This document shows, piece after piece, positions 26,713 to 38,880 of a stretch of DNA of 64,000 bases (positions are counted from its first letter, which is position 1; every line of letters starts with the position of its first letter). The notes under the pieces are model-generated. The model was given only the letters and a program-made list of their open reading frames with translations. It was not told the DNA's origin and did no database searches. Source of the stretch: Chrysomallon squamiferum (lineage: Eukaryota > Animalia > Mollusca); the NCBI GenBank assembly GCA_012295275.1, contig CM022673.1:15252001-15316000 (forward strand), in the 5' to 3' direction. The position numbers and the translations under genes are program-made.

Positions 26713-28329
26713 TAATCACGTCTGTCAAATTGTGTTTTGAATACTTTACCTTTCTTTCTCGACTACTTCAGTTTTCTTTTATTTCTCTCATTCATATCTC
26801 TTCTTCTAATTTTATATATTAGAATGTTCGTTTGCCTGTTTGTACATCCACTTTCTCTATGTCTGTTTGTCTGTCTGTCTCTCTGTCTCTGTGTCATTCC
26901 CTCTCCCTGAAACTCTTTCTTTCTCTGTATATCAGGTTAATACACTGTAAACGAGTTTTTTTCACTCGAACAAAGATTAAAATCAAATTGTTCTATTTTG
27001 TTCAAACGAATTGTTAAGGTAACATGTTGTTTAGATTAGTTATCATCTGACGCGATCAGTAATCACAACAAACGAGACCACTCTAACACAGAAAATATCA
27101 AAACATCAATGTCAGATGATAAATAACAGAAAGTGTTACAGTCACAAGCCAGTGAGTACTTTACGTATGTATGAGAATAAATCAACAAGTATTTGTTGCT
27201 ATCTCGGTTATACTGAATGAACAGATACAAGATTGATGGTGTTCTTTTAGGAAAGTTGACATGAATGCATTAGCGTCAATTAGTTGAAGTGTTTAAAAGC
27301 CCACCGCGTAGAATTCACATAATTTTCTTGCGACGATGTGGAAATAAGCACTGAATGAACGAATAAAAATTTCACCGCAACAAGCAAAAAAAAAAAAATA
27401 ATAATAATAATAAATAAATAAATAAATAGCCATTTTCAAAATAGTCATAATGGTTTGTCTTTTCCTTTTTTTTTTTTTTTTGTTGTTGTTTTTTAATGTA
27501 TTTCTAATAATTTTGATCACAGATTTATAGCATCTATAAAACTTATTAAAAATATAAAAGAAAAAGAAAAAGAAAATATAAGAAGAAAGAAAGAAAGAAA
27601 ATCTATCTGAAATCATATTTGAACAATTCCGAATGACGTGATGAATGACGTTTCATTCTTGGTAACGGGTTACGAGAGGTATCTGTCAGCATTAGGCTAA
27701 TAAGTGAAACACATCTTTATCACAGACACACCCAGCTTCCAAAACAGCTATTTTAAAACTCTCTTGTCTTGCCCGGTTAACATAATACCTTGGTTACTAG
27801 ATGATGTGCTATTCGTACGAGGAAATAAAAAATAAAAATAAAAAGAAAGAAATTGTTTCAAGTATATGTTCGGTTTTTTTTTTTTTTTTTTTTTTCAAAG
27901 TGACTTCAGTCTGAAATATTCATAGTGTATCGTAAATCAATACAGTTAATATGCCTATAAATCTTCTCAATTAGACAGCACAGAGAAAAATATTTACCGG
28001 GTAAAGAGGTTTATTTTTTTCCATTAGTATTTATCTCGATGTACGCGGTTTCAGAAATGGAAAGTGAACTATAATATTCTACATAAAAAAAAAAAAAAAA
28101 AAAAAATATTGTTGCTTTTAAAATAAGATGAATGAACGAATGAATGAATCAGAGAAGAGGTTTATTGAAACGAAATGTTATTATTATTTTCTTAAAGTTC
28201 ATTTATTGTTCTCTTTCACATTCAAAGAACGTAATCAGTAAATATATAGTTAAATAAGGAACAACACACATTAATTATGTAACAGAACATGATGTAAAAA
28301 ATAGAAGAGGAAAAAGAACTCTGAACGAA

Positions 28330-28860
28330 ACATCGGAACGTGTTATGTTTATGATACGCAGTACACCAACGCGTTTTGGCCTTGGCAGTAATTACCCACC
28401 GTATTCAACCTTGATCGGAACTGTGCGTGGGATGAAAAGTGGTTAAACTGACCACACCACTTAAGACCACTAAGTTTCGTGCCAAACCATCAATGGATTT
28501 CCGAGAGTTCATTAAGACAGTCGCCCCTGCAGAGTATAGTCATCGAGTTACAAAGACAAATGCTGCGAATGATCACTCCCCCACATACAGTTTAACTGAA
28601 CGAGCAATTCTCTTCAGAATCGGTCTTCAAGGATGCCAAAGGGCAGTTTCCAGTCTAAATTGTCCAAAGAGATTACGGACATCGGTTAAGACATGCGTCA
28701 AATAGGACGCGATATACAATGACTGAAGTTAATTAGAAGAACATGTTCTAGGAGCAGCAAGTTTTTCTGCAGATTACTTTGATGAATTGTCAAGTGGACT
28801 GGTTTAGCGTGCAAACCATTGTATTGATGTGGGCAAACAATCTCGGTGATTAAATACAAA
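28330..28860 (+). pseudogene. Decayed Tc1/mariner (mariner-type) transposase fragment
   Basis: Ordered motif remnants across frameshifts and stops: LDRNCAWDEKW (28410-28442, cf. FLDRIVTGDEKW, first catalytic Asp), KFRAKPS (28472-28492, cf. KKFKxQPSAGK), HSPTYS (from 28574, cf. HPPYSPDL) and GLV*RANHCIDVG (to 28834, cf. KLVxRWxKCIDVxGDY at the C-terminus). Spacing is shorter than in an intact transposase, implying internal deletion. No clear TIR pair. Confidence 0.65.
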
Positions 28861-29097
28861 GAAGGATTATAGACTGTCTTTTACAGTAGTTGTATATGAA
28901 TGAAGATACTGAATTGTCACCTTCAGTGTAATATTATATTACAATATGACTGAAATATTAAATTTATTAAATTATTTGTATAGATAGCATTTTCATTTAA
29001 TATTTTACACGCTTTTATCCTGATTTAGTTTAGATAAAGCATAAAATAAAACAGTTACATGCAAGCGACTCAAATAAACAAACAGATATATATATAT

Positions 29098-29147
<50 letters not shown>

Positions 29148-29829
29148 TAAGAATAATCAGTCTGTTACATGGACCACAGACACTTTTATTTACGGTGTGC
29201 AGTAGACGATCTTGTAAACGCATTTTACTTTGGAAGTGGGAAAACATTGACTTAGAATGAGTAGTATACTAGCATCGATTCACGGAGTAAGCTTACATTG
29301 CTGCTAGAAGGTACTGGTTATACCAGTTCCAATTAACTGGCTAATATTGAGACCACACACTGAAGTGCTTCTCTTAGATGAACAAATCTTACGCAGATAA
29401 CCCCACTGTCTGCCCTGAACACACGTTCAAGTTGCTTTACAGAGCTAGTTTAAATCTTCCCCAACGCGATTTATTAGAGCAGTAGTAGAAAAGTGGCTAG
29501 AGTGGGAAATATCCCAATTAGTCCAGAGAGGTGATTTGATTCTGTGACCCATTACATCGCAGGAGAAAGATAAGCCTCCGAGGTAAAACTTTGCACGTTG
29601 ATTAAATCATTTATTATCATTAATTTTGCTTTTACTATCAGCGCTGTTACTATTACCACTACATTAACAATAACAAATGCTGCTACTTCTACTACAATAT
29701 TAAGCTACTGTTACATTAAAAGCAACAACTACATCAAAACTATTACAACTCGTTATATTAGTACTACTGTTTTTAGAATAATAAGTACCACTACTACTAT
29801 TCAACAATAAATAATATTTATATTCTTAC

Positions 29830-30001
29830 TTCTGTGCTACTACTACTACTGTTTCTGCTACTAATACTAGTATTAAAACAACAGCAACTATACTACTACT
29901 ACTACTACTACTACAACTACTAGTACTATTACAACTACTAGTACTACTACTTCGGCTAAAGTTACTAGATTACTGCTAATAATAACAACAATAACAACGA
30001 C

Positions 30002-30050
<49 letters not shown>

Positions 30051-30058
30051 GTAATAAT
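29830..30058. repeat. (ACT)n and (AAT)n tract
   Basis: Read directly. Confidence 0.9.
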
Positions 30059-30401
30059 CAGGAGAAAAAGAAAAAGAAAAAGGAGAAGATGAAGAATGTT
30101 TTAAAATGCTAGATAATGGATTCAAGTCACCGTCTTCTCTCCTATTTTCAGATTTTTTAAAACCGTTTCGTCCTTTTTCGCTCCTTTTACACTAACATTA
30201 TCATTGCACTGACAGACATACCAAGATTCTAGAAAAAGAATCCATGACTGATTTGCTTGAACATTCCGTTGTCAGCTGTGTGAGACTGTTGATTGATTGC
30301 TATAGCTATCACAGTGACACCAGACATACCAATTAACAAGAAATCATCATTTTTGAACTGAGCTGAATGTCAAAATTTATACTGGAAATTCATGAAGAGA
30401 A

Positions 30402-30409
<8 letters not shown>

Positions 30410-30465
<56 letters not shown>

Positions 30466-30478
30466 ATACATAAATAAA
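30410..30478. repeat. (TAAA)n microsatellite
   Basis: Read directly. Confidence 0.95.
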
Positions 30479-30969
30479 CCTGGCAGAATATTAACTGTTT
30501 CCATTTATAAAAAAAAGTGTGTATGTCTGTCAATATATGTTTTATGCGTTCTACGCATTATTGTTTTGTCGTCTATACTTTCAATGATCACCAATATTTT
30601 TTCTTTCTTTTCTTTCACTCGTTATAAAGATCAATACTTTTCCTGTGAAAACTGTCATGTGCATCCATCACGTACCAAGCTAGCAGCTAACACAAATATA
30701 ACCATTCATGGTTACTGATGCGGGCGATGGTTGTTCTACCCGAGGATATGTTCTTTGATGTCGTGATCATCAAGTAACTGATTTCAGATTATCTGTTTCA
30801 TTACGGACATATCAATATTCACTCCACATTTTATTATATTTTCTTCTTCTTTTTTTGCAAATCGACAGAATTTTTATTTTTGAAATAAATGAACTTAGAC
30901 AAAACCTTGCTTTTTAATATTGTATAATAATAATAATAATAAAATAAAATCATACAAAAAATAATAAGC

Positions 30970-31080
30970 TGTAGCTTTTGAAAAATCGAATGTAGATATT
31001 GATTGTAACGAGAAATAGTTTAGTCGATAGGGGCATCGAGGACATTTTTAGACGAACGAGCTACTCTTAGGCTAAACCAT
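30970..31080 (-). mobile_element. Degenerate SINE-like fragment, same family
   Basis: AACGAGAAATAG...GCATCGAG...GACGAACGAGCTAC has the same motif order as the other copies. Confidence 0.35.
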
Positions 31081-31089
31081 GCTAATGAG

Positions 31090-31310
31090 TATTAGTATTA
31101 GTCTGAGTAGTAGTAGTATTAGTAGTAGCGGTTTTGGCTGTAGTAGTAGTAGTAGAAGTAATGGCAGTGGTAGTAGTGATAATAAGTTGTAGAAGCAATA
31201 GTAGCAGCAGCAGTAGTTGTAGCAGTCGTAATGATAGTAGTAGTAGTAATAATGATAATACTGATTATGATTATGATGATAATAATGATAATAATTATGA
31301 TGATCATAAT
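31090..31310. repeat. Mixed (AGT)/(AGC)/(GAT) trinucleotide tract
   Basis: Read directly; explains the 188 aa ORF. Confidence 0.88.
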
Positions 31311-31769
31311 ATATGGAAGGTGATGATGCTGGAAGTATTACTTAAATATCAGGATATATTGCCAGTCCTAAAACAGTTTGAAAGTTCTCAAAGAAATTTT
31401 TATTTTTATTTTACGATTAACAAAGAAAAAAGAAAAAAAGAAAAAGAAAAAGAAAAAAAAGAAAAAGTTATGAAAGGGAAATTAATGAATGACTGTAACA
31501 TTAAAGCCTTTGTATCTTTTGAACAATTTTATTTCATTAGTAAAGACTATATTAAAGCTTTCTTCTCTAACACTTTGATGATTTTTAACGTATTAAACTG
31601 CACCGGAAATTATTTATCGTTTTATTACTGCGTCTACGTGTCGATGAACGTTTACCGTAAGATTTCACTTAAAAGCCTTTTAATTTTAAGTCAGAATTAA
31701 CATATGAAAGTAATAGTAAGAAGTAGTATTGAGGAGGTAACAATAAAACAAATTAGTACAAGACAAAAA

Positions 31770-32060
31770 GGTTCTTAATTTACAGGCGAAGGTATTCGGT
31801 AATGTATGTATATCGAAAAAGAAAATGAGAGTGGAAACCCGCTTCCGTTGTCAGAAATGGACTTTTTTTATATGTTTTTGTCAAAGGAAAAGACTTGTTA
31901 TGCGGTTCTTGTTAAATAATTGACGGTGCTCTAGATGGGACGGAACATACCGAAACGAGAAATTGTTATTTATTTATTATTATTATTTTTTTTTTTATAA
32001 CGCTTCCTTCTACACCTCAGCGCTTCGATCTGACGAATACACACATCTAGCGATGCTGGA
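31770..32060 (-). mobile_element. Degenerate near-full-length SINE-like copy
   Basis: GAGAGTGGAAACCCGCT, TTTTTATATG, AACGAGAAAT and TTCGATCTGACGA appear in the order tail-core-head. Confidence 0.5.
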
Positions 32061-33783
32061 GAAACCAGCAATATACAAACATGTCTACTCACAAGGGTAC
32101 AGGTTCATATTCATCTCTTTATGTAAGGAATAAATAAATCCACGGTCTGTGAGAAGCAATTTTAACGGTTACGTCACAATCTTCTGACATTTATCCTGCT
32201 TTATTACAGCAATCTGATTGCTGGAAGACGTCAGCACGAAATGCCACGTTAACATTTTTTTATTTTTTTTTATTTTGTAGATTACAGCTGGTGCTGCTGT
32301 TATCAGCGAAAAATTCACGATACCCATTAATTTTATACGATATACAGTAAACATCATGTTTATTGTCTGTTCGGCTGTTTACCGTTCATTTATTTTTGAA
32401 CATTTCTAAGAAACCGTAAACTATTCAACTTGTTTGCGGCAGAATATCGCGTCTGTCTTACGTCGTGAGGATGGATATTTATTTTCATTTATGCTGAGTA
32501 AATCTATATTTAGGGCAAAAAACATTAGGACTGATAGGGAAATGGCTGTTTGTTTCTTTCTGTTTTTTCGTCTTTGGTGTTCTGACAATATACGCTAGCC
32601 TGTATCATTGTTTGTCTGCTGAACTATGTGTATGCGAACGTATGTGTATATTTACATTCTGTGTAAAGTAGAATATGAACCAAAAAAACACAATAACAAT
32701 AAATAAATAACTAAATAAACTAAACTAACGAAATAAGATAAAGAAAACAGAAAGGCATGACTAAGTGAAAGAGAGAGATAGAGAGAGAAAAAAATATGAG
32801 GGAGAAAAAGCGATTAAATAGATTTGTTTCTTTATATTTCTGCTGAATTTTACTATAATCATAATGAAAAATAATTATACCAACCGAAATATAATGTAAA
32901 TCAAGATTAATAATCTTCATAAAGCCAGATTAAACTGAGATCGCTGAAAACAGAGAATAAACTAATGATATAGTCGGAGCTCGAATTTAAATTTTAAAAA
33001 AGTTCTAATTGATATCAAACTGTTTTGATTTCCGTACCTCGCGTTGAATCCTTAATAAAACTTTGATTTCTATTGATTTTTAAGAATCGTTTGAGTACAG
33101 TTGATCGATACCACAAAATGGCATTTATTTAGTGCAATTAAGATAATTTACGGGTAGAGAAAGAAAAAATAAAAGAGAAAAAGGAAAAGACAGGCAATGT
33201 TTAAGGCACATCATTTTCTTTGTGTCAGACAGAACTCTAAATTAGACATCTAGGCAATCATCAACCACTTTTGATTTAATTACCTAGAATTTCCCGTTAC
33301 AACATGTGCCCACAACTGTGGACATTTGTTTTCTATTCTAAGATGAAATGCATATACAACAGACTTTACGAGATTAGCTGAATGAAAGACGGCAACGGCT
33401 TTATGCATCTTAGCATCTTTTGTTTTTTTACTCCAGTAAACAGGGAATATATTTTGCTTGAAGTTGAATGAATAATTAAAGAAGAGATTTAAATCACGCT
33501 GCAGTAAAACGTACAAAGTACATGCAGACATCTGACACTAGACGAGAGTATTCTACGTGTACGAGTCTCTTGTGCACACCTCTGTTTATTTATTAGTTAA
33601 TGATTTCCAAAAATAAATTAAACACGAAGGATTTAATGCTATCTGAGGATCTGATAGCAGAATAAAAGTCACACGAATGTTTATGTATCTGTGTCTAACA
33701 TGAAAATTATATATTGATATATGAACTGTTTAGCAACATCATTGCATATTTGTATGTTTGCGATTTTAATATCAACGTGATGG

Positions 33784-33813
33784 AATATATTTAACGAAAT
33801 CGTTAAATATATT
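33784..33813. repeat. Perfect inverted repeat, 14 bp arms, 2 nt spacer
   Basis: AATATATTTAACGA-AA-TCGTTAAATATATT. Confidence 0.9.
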
Positions 33814-33825
33814 TTTATATTTCTG

Positions 33826-33925
33826 AATGTAATATCAAAGTCAAAATGAATATATGAATATACAAGAGAACTTAATTATAATATATACGAAAATGGTTTT
33901 AAATGTAATATCAAAGTCATATATG
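33826..33925. repeat. Local direct duplication, ~76 bp period
   Basis: AATGTAATATCAAAGTCA at 33826 and 33902. Confidence 0.75.
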
Positions 33926-34949
33926 AAAGTATGGCTAAAATATTTAACGGAATAAGAACCTGCTTTCATTTTCATGTTCATGGTTATTAGGTGTCATGAA
34001 TTATGACTGATGATAATCTCAGACAGAAAATTTGTTATCGCCAAAGCAAAGGCTACTCTTATTGATTAGAAATCTAGCATATTTCACTTATCGCTTTCAA
34101 TACACATGTAATGACCGAGCATTTTCATCTGCTGGTTTGTGGGGAGTTACCGTATTTACTCGATATATTTGCCATAAGATGATTTTGAGAAAAAGGTGTA
34201 AAAAATATATTGTCACATCTCATATTTAACTTAAGTTTGAGCCATCACAATCAACAGCAAAGTGAACCATCTTTAATAAATTTGTTTTTGTATATACTGA
34301 TTGCACACCTCACACTACATTTATATTATCTTTGCCAGCAGGAAACGGAAGACATATAAAAAATAGTATAACCTCATTTAATTCTTCAAAGAGAATAAAT
34401 ATACAGAGAAAATACGGTAGGAAAATGCCATCTCAGTCGAACGTAGCCGTTCTTAATACTATTTATCCTAAAGCATTATATATTACAAAGGTGTCTAATG
34501 GCGTATTTGTAAAGGCACGAATGATGACTGATAAAGGTTAATTAAATATACTAATAAAGAAACGTTATATTAGTCACGTGTTAGATCGTTCATTGATTGA
34601 CTGATTGATTCATTCACAAAGTATTAGTCGATCAAATATATTACGCAGTGAGCTGTAAGCATAATACGAATAAAAATATGTAAACCAAGTAAACATTTTG
34701 TGAGTTAAGTGGATAAAATCAGAGAAAACGTGTATATAAATATATATATATATATATCTGTAAGAAAAATAAAATGTATAAAAGAAAAATCTGTAAATAT
34801 TACCTTTCTCAAGCTCCTAGTTCAGTTCAAAGTGCATGACAACAGCTTGTCAAATTCTATATCCATTTTTTCGAACTCCAGTATCTTTATAACATCTTTA
34901 GTATTTTTGTTTTCCGAATTTTTCTGAATATTTAAATAAGTTTAATGGA

Positions 34950-35260
34950 ATTTAGTAATATGTTGCTGTATTTTAATGTCATTCACTTTTCTGGATTGTG
35001 TACGTTATTCTATATAAAAATAACAACTCGTGGATTCTGTAAGTTATTAGGTACAAAACACCATTGTCATGGATTCTGTACGTTATTCACACTTTTGTAT
35101 TACGTTATTTTGTATTGTTTGGAATAAAATATCACACTCCTTAATTTTATTAAATGTTTCTGTGTAAAACATATATATCTCTCTTGAACTGCGTTATATG
35201 CTTATTAATATACTCCTTATTTCCTTAAGTTAGTGAATAGATAAAACACCACATTCATAA
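34950..35260. repeat. Degenerate ~39 bp minisatellite
   Basis: TGGATT(G/C)TGTA(C/A)GTTATT at 34992, 35031 and 35070, with decaying copies either side. Confidence 0.7.
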
Positions 35261-35583
35261 CAGTAATACTGAATCCGGATTCAACTCCACAATTTCCAAC
35301 GAAGTTCCAATATCGAACACTGTGTTAGAAAATAACTGCACCACTTAATGAAAAACACTTGTGAAAAAAAGCTTCCTATTAGAAAACAGTTTTACACGTC
35401 ATCAGAATTTTATCTGTAGCGTTAAGAAAAATCTCTACTCCGGTTATTAATGATCGGCGCTCAGTGGATTAACAGACGCTCTTGTTTTCTTTTTATACTT
35501 TCAGGTTATGTTCATCGACTTGCAGTACAGGAACTGTGGTAAATTGACGAAACAAACACTGCAGAGTAATACAATTATTCCGT

Positions 35584-35620
<37 letters not shown>

Positions 35621-35692
35621 AACAAGTCGGGAAAAAGAAGAGTTGTTAAAACCAAATTAAATTGTCAGTTTATATTAAGTTATAATTTAATA

Positions 35693-35728
<36 letters not shown>

Positions 35729-35957
35729 TGCTGTAAAAGATATGTGTGTATATAAGTGAAAGAATATTTATCTAAAGGTTTCGAAGTATGAGAGTTATGA
35801 AGACATCAGTACGAAACTGTTATAAAATCTTAACGAAACATAAAACAAGAAAACCAAAATTACAAAAAACAAAACTAACAAGAACAGAAATAAAAAAATA
35901 AAAATAGAAATACTAACGGGAAAAAAAAAATTAAAAAGTAGAAAACTGAGTTTTAAC

Positions 35958-36295
35958 CTTTAAGTGTTCCAGATCAGAGTAAAACGAAAAAATTCAGTTA
36001 CAATCCAACACAAAAACGACAAGGAGACGAAAGTAAAAAGTGATATCAGAAGAAGAGCAGTGCTCGGCCCGAAACGTTGAAAGATCCGAAGCAGAGATGA
36101 GAATTCCCCGTTTACATTATTAACGTAGAACTTTCGCAATCGATGCAAGTCACTCCTCCGCGAAACCTAACGAGCAGAGCTTCTCGTAACAAGAAGCTGT
36201 GGTTTGGTAGCAGTTCCGACATTCCATCGCACAGTTAGAGTTTTTCCTTGTCTGCGCCTTCACACCGACTGTATTGTGGTCTTTTGTACGTTAAC
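35958..36295 (-). other. Candidate non-coding 5' UTR exon of the GPCR gene
   Basis: GC/CpG-richer non-repetitive island. It starts at a good minus-strand acceptor (AATTTTGTATTTCAG|G at 36296/36295) and ends at a weaker donor (AAG|GTTAAA at 35958/35957). The GPCR acceptor at 12378 requires an upstream exon somewhere. Confidence 0.4.
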
Positions 36296-37134
36296 CTGAA
36301 ATACAAAATTCCATTAATTATATGAATAGAGCGATCAGTCAAATCTCGACAAATCTGCGAATAATCCTGCAAATAAGAAATAAATTTCTTGATCATATTA
36401 GCTTATTGCGACCAGAAAAATAAGAAAATGAGGTCTTGGAAATTCCAAGGTAAAATTTGGATCGTGGTAGTTTTCATTTGATAATAATAAGAAAAGAGAA
36501 AAGCTTTTGGAGAAAAACAAGGAGAAGATGACGTTTTTGAAATACCTTTGTAGAAAGTAGATTGTGACCGTTTTTATTTGTAGATAATACCAAAAAGAAA
36601 AGCTTTTGAAGCGCTTCGTTATTTATACAAATTCCTTTGTTAACAGTCAATTAAAACAATTTAATATGCTCCCAAAGTACTTTCTCAACATTAGAAAAAT
36701 ATATATTTTTTCAAAAATTTAGATAAAACGATTTTGTTAATCATTAAAATATTTTAAAACTATTTGAGACTTTTCAATCTTGCAGATGAGGAATGTTTTA
36801 CGGTATGAACAATGATTTAGAAATGTAGCACTGAGAAGCTATTTTTAATACTGTATACAAAGATTCGTGGCTGTCGAAACAAAATTATATTGTTAGTTAT
36901 GAATGGATGTTTAAGGAACATATTGTATGGAGTGTAGTGAGTATTAAATAATTCTTAGTTGACCAAATAAATGTTTCTCTCTTAATATGAATACTTAGAG
37001 AAACAGTGCAACAAAATGTTATTTTTTGGGGGAAAAATATGCTTATTATAAAAAGACTACTTAAAACGAAGATAAAACATAAAAGCCTTTAATAATACTA
37101 AATTTTTTTAAATATTACGCTTGACATCATTTTA

Positions 37135-37215
37135 AATTTTTTTTTTTTTTTTTTATGTATTATTTTTTTTTTTTTTTTTTTTTTTGTATGTATTTTTTTT
37201 TTTTTTTTGTATGTA

Positions 37216-37256
<41 letters not shown>
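37135..37256. repeat. Poly-T blocks + (GT)n
   Basis: Read directly. Confidence 0.92.
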
Positions 37257-37259
<3 letters not shown>

Positions 37260-37665
37260 GAAGAAAATACGAGAATTAGACAAACTATTACAGAATACCA
37301 GAATGTTTCGCTTTCAAATATTTATTGTTAAACAGGCTGATTCCGCAGCAACGTGCACGTAATCAGCAATACACATTAATTTACAACTATCGGCTTTTGA
37401 AAAGATTCTCTCTAACGATCGATATTATATTAACAAAACTCAGTACAATTTACGTTTTTAGTCTACTTTCGTTTACAATTTTTCTAAAAAGGTTAAAAGA
37501 ATAAATAAATGAAATACTAATTTTATTTTATAAACAAATATACCATAAATATTTAAAACGTGACAAACATTTAAAAAAAAAGTGAAAAATTAAACTTATT
37601 GTCTCCATAATTGAAACAGTGTCTTTCCGTACCTTATTTGTTTATCTGTTTGTCTGTCGTATTTC

Positions 37666-37704
<39 letters not shown>

Positions 37705-37795
37705 TCTTATAAAACTATAGTCTGTACTTGCTTTCTATCTGTTTGTCTTTGAATTATTTTATATCTATGCCCGCTCTCTCAGTTTCATATACACA

Positions 37796-37798
<3 letters not shown>

Positions 37799-37850
<52 letters not shown>

Positions 37851-37855
37851 TCTCT
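37799..37855. repeat. (CT)n microsatellite
   Basis: Read directly. Confidence 0.95.
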
Positions 37856-37879
37856 TTATCTATCTATATCTCTCTTTGT

Positions 37880-38030
37880 CAGTACCGTCTTAAGGCGGGT
37901 ACTCTAGGTACTTGTCAAGGGGCCCCATTGATCTAGATGCTACTGCAATCCATGTATGCTGTGTTTTGGTGTTAGTTAATGTGCAGCGGTCCCAGTGCAA
38001 TGCTTTGCGAGTGGACCTATAATGTTGTTA
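37880..38030. mobile_element. MITE-like (non-autonomous DNA transposon) remnant
   Basis: GC-rich insert starting CAGTACCGTCTTAAG, with GGGGCCCC and GGTCCCAGTGC motifs and ending TATAATGTTGTTA. The second terminus appears truncated. Family resemblance is from memory only. Confidence 0.35.
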
Positions 38031-38859
38031 TCTCTTTCTGTATCCCTATCTCCTCCCTCACCCACCTCTTCTTTCTCACTTCCCCCTCACCCACCTCACA
38101 TTTGTCATCATTGATTTTCTTTCTAATTAATTATCGTATATCAAAATAAGTCCACAAATCACTGAAATAAAACTGGGTTTATTTTCTGTAAATTCGATAT
38201 GTATTTAAAAATATTAACAAAGAAAATGTGTAATATTCCATTTCGACCATGTTCTTCATATTTGTCTCATCATTTACTTGTTTTCTTTCCCCGCCTTGAG
38301 AAATCCCAGATCGGCAGTGAGAGTTGGTTATTGAAAATTTTCCAGTTCTGTGCACTTCCTAGAATTTTAGAGAAAAAAAAAAGATCGAATACTTGTTTCT
38401 AATGTGCAATGAATCATTCCAGTTTAGCTGTTCTCGTAAATCAGACAAAAAGAGAAAATTATTTTTAAAAGTAAAAGGAAAATAAAATCAATTCGAATGA
38501 AAAAACCTTATTATAGCTTTACCTTGCGATTTATCTACCGACCTATATATTTACCAGTCTGCCAGTCTGCATGCCTTCCTACCTATCTATCTACCTATCT
38601 ATTTACCACCTATTTACCTACCTATCTACCTCCTACCTACCTACCTACCTCCCATCTACCCATCTACTTTCCTACATAACAAAAGTATTTAATATGCGGC
38701 CGACCTGTGTTTCTACCATGAAACCTACGAAACTATCTCCCACCTCGTCAGCCTTACAATACACCTAATAACCTTTACATATATAAGAAAGTGAAATAAA
38801 AATAAAATAGTAAACTAGGCACTTAATGTTCTTGAAATGCCGACTTCAAATAAATATTC

Positions 38860-38880
38860 ACTTACCTGCAAAACGACGAT
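38860..38880 (-). promoter_or_regulatory. Perfect 5' splice donor CAG|GTAAGT on the GPCR strand, overlapping an acceptor-like TTTTGCAG
   Basis: Reverse complement reads ATCGTCGTTTTGCAG|GTAAGT, with the junction at 38866/38865. Confidence 0.35.

Noticed and set aside
31134-31700. 188 aa ORF, the longest outside the GPCR
   Set aside because: Built from trinucleotide repeats and an A-rich tract, starts at TTG and has no recognisable domain.
34950-35260. Regularly spaced ~18 bp motif with variable intervening sequence, superficially CRISPR-like
   Set aside because: Eukaryotic context with no cas genes. The repeats are imperfect and the intervening segments resemble each other, so this is a decayed minisatellite.
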